Source: an uncultured Chlamydiae bacterium
GTDB taxonomy: Bacteria > Chlamydiota > Chlamydiia > Chlamydiales > JAJFMA01
NCBI GenBank assembly: GCA_963713615.1
Contig: CAVQMM010000001.1
Span: 3,424,001-3,488,000 of the forward strand
Length of the DNA: 64,000 nucleotides
Direction of reading: 5' to 3'
In this document: one piece after another, positions 62,971 through 64,000 of the stretch
Position numbering within the stretch: position 1 is the first letter of the stretch
Layout of the letters: the number at the start of each line of letters is the position of its first letter
The notes under the pieces: model-generated
Seen by the model: only the letters and a program-made list of their open reading frames with translations
Told to the model about the DNA's origin: nothing
The model's database searches: none
Program-made: the position numbers and the translations under genes

Positions 62971-63387
62971 ATGTCCTATCTGGATAAACTGGCTAAAGTC
63001 GAGGCGCTTCTTCAACGTGCTTCCTCTGAGGGAGAACGCCACGCTGCCGAGCTTGCCAAGCAACGAATCTTAGCCAGAATTTCCGATATACACACCAGTC
63101 GGCCCATCGAGTACAAGATCTCTCTGGATAGCCCGTGGAAAAGAAGGCTATTTGCAACGGTCTGCTCCAAACATGGTTATAAAACCTATCGGTATGCCAG
63201 GCAAAAACGCACCACAGCTCATGTGATGATTGCTAAGAATTTGATGGAAGAAGTGCTTTGGCCTGAATTTTTGCGGTATGCAAAAATTCTGGAAGAACTC
63301 GTTGAGGATATATTAAAAGACTTAACGGCTAAGATCCATCATGTGGAAGAGGAAGAGTTAGAAATTGCTGGCGAGATCGCACATTGA
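62971..63387 (+). CDS. DUF2786-like hypothetical protein
   Basis: LDKLAKVEALL..A.SEGERHAA.. Confidence 0.55.
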   Translation: MSYLDKLAKVEALLQRASSEGERHAAELAKQRILARISDIHTSRPIEYKISLDSPWKRRLFATVCSKHGYKTYRYARQKRTTAHVMIAKNLMEEVLWPEFLRYAKILEELVEDILKDLTAKIHHVEEEELEIAGEIAH

Positions 63388-64000
63388 GGAGGAGCAAGAT
63401 TGTGTGAATAATTCCAGGGCAACCAAGCCTTGGGATCCTCTAGAACACTTTCAGTATTCTTTTGGATTGCTGTGAGATAGTTATAGGGATTGATCTTATT
63501 TAGAGTGCAGGTTTCGATGACACTCATCAGAATATCAGCAATTTTGGCTCCAGTTTCATTTTTGAAAAAATAGGCGTTCTTACGGTTAAGTACGGCCCTT
63601 TTGAGTTGACGTTCGTTGTCATTGTTTGAGATTGGAACTCCAGGAATACGTAAGAACAGGGTCAGCCCCTCCCAGTGATTATCAAGATACTGAATAGCCC
63701 TCCCAAAACTGCTATTGGGCTCTATTTGCTTGGAGTCTATAAGGTCTTTGCAATAGGCTCTCATCTTGTTCATGATCGGAGCACTTTTGTCTTGGTGCCA
63801 CTTTAGCCTATCTTCAGGAGTCAGGCTTTCTTTTTTTGCTATCTTGTCGTTCAGAAACACTAAGTCAAAGGACGAGACTACATTCACGCACTCATTAGGC
63901 CAGTGTGACGCGAGCTCATAAAAATTACGTCGTGCATGGGCATTGCAATAGGCTAGTTGAGTGGAATGATTCTTTGGAATGTTCCTGGACAAAGCGTCAC
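63339..64000 (-). CDS. IS66-family transposase TnpC, C-terminal part (runs off window)
   Basis: CNAHARRNF, AIQYL..HW, ISNNDNER..RKN, S.IETC.LN..NP..YL, LPWN. Confidence 0.9.
   Translation of the reverse strand, partial: DALSRNIPKNHSTQLAYCNAHARRNFYELASHWPNECVNVVSSFDLVFLNDKIAKKESLTPEDRLKWHQDKSAPIMNKMRAYCKDLIDSKQIEPNSSFGRAIQYLDNHWEGLTLFLRIPGVPISNNDNERQLKRAVLNRKNAYFFKNETGAKIADILMSVIETCTLNKINPYNYLTAIQKNTESVLEDPKAWLPWNYSHNLAPPQCAISPAISNSSSST

Overview
Chromosomal window from an environmental Chlamydiota (Parachlamydiales-like) bacterium. This is inferred from Chlamydia-type gene order (rsbW-CT550-like-dacC; lnt-lpxC-fabZ-lpxA-fmt-[Cap1 position]-rplC; rplQ-gapA-grgA) and lineage-type insertions in L23 and L17. 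Region 1-42.9 kb is core genome: cell envelope and lipid A genes, rRNA methylases, and the S10/spc/alpha ribosomal superoperon. It is interrupted by (i) nested palindromic REP/MITE elements and an ISAs1 remnant, (ii) a tandem array of four AT-rich MORN-repeat-family paralogues between lnt and lpxC, and (iii) a tandem array of four hydrophobic paralogues at the Cap1/CT529 position that carry PEX11-like motifs. A ~16.6 kb element (42855-59528) is integrated in tRNA-Leu(TAA) and bounded by a 58-bp direct repeat. It encodes a tyrosine integrase, a truncated chlamydial-plasmid pGP7/8-like recombinase, an Xis-like protein, a chimeric DnaB helicase, and a Rep-like protein followed by 22-bp-period iterons. 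It also encodes a DinJ/YafQ-type toxin-antitoxin pair, a TerS-TerL-(TerS-like) module with no recognisable portal, capsid or tail gene, an SF2 helicase and a broken serine recombinase. It is a candidate plasmid-derived phage satellite. Beyond attR lies more accessory DNA: a NYN nuclease, an intact IS1634 and a partial IS66. All homology calls are by motif recognition from memory; no searches were run.
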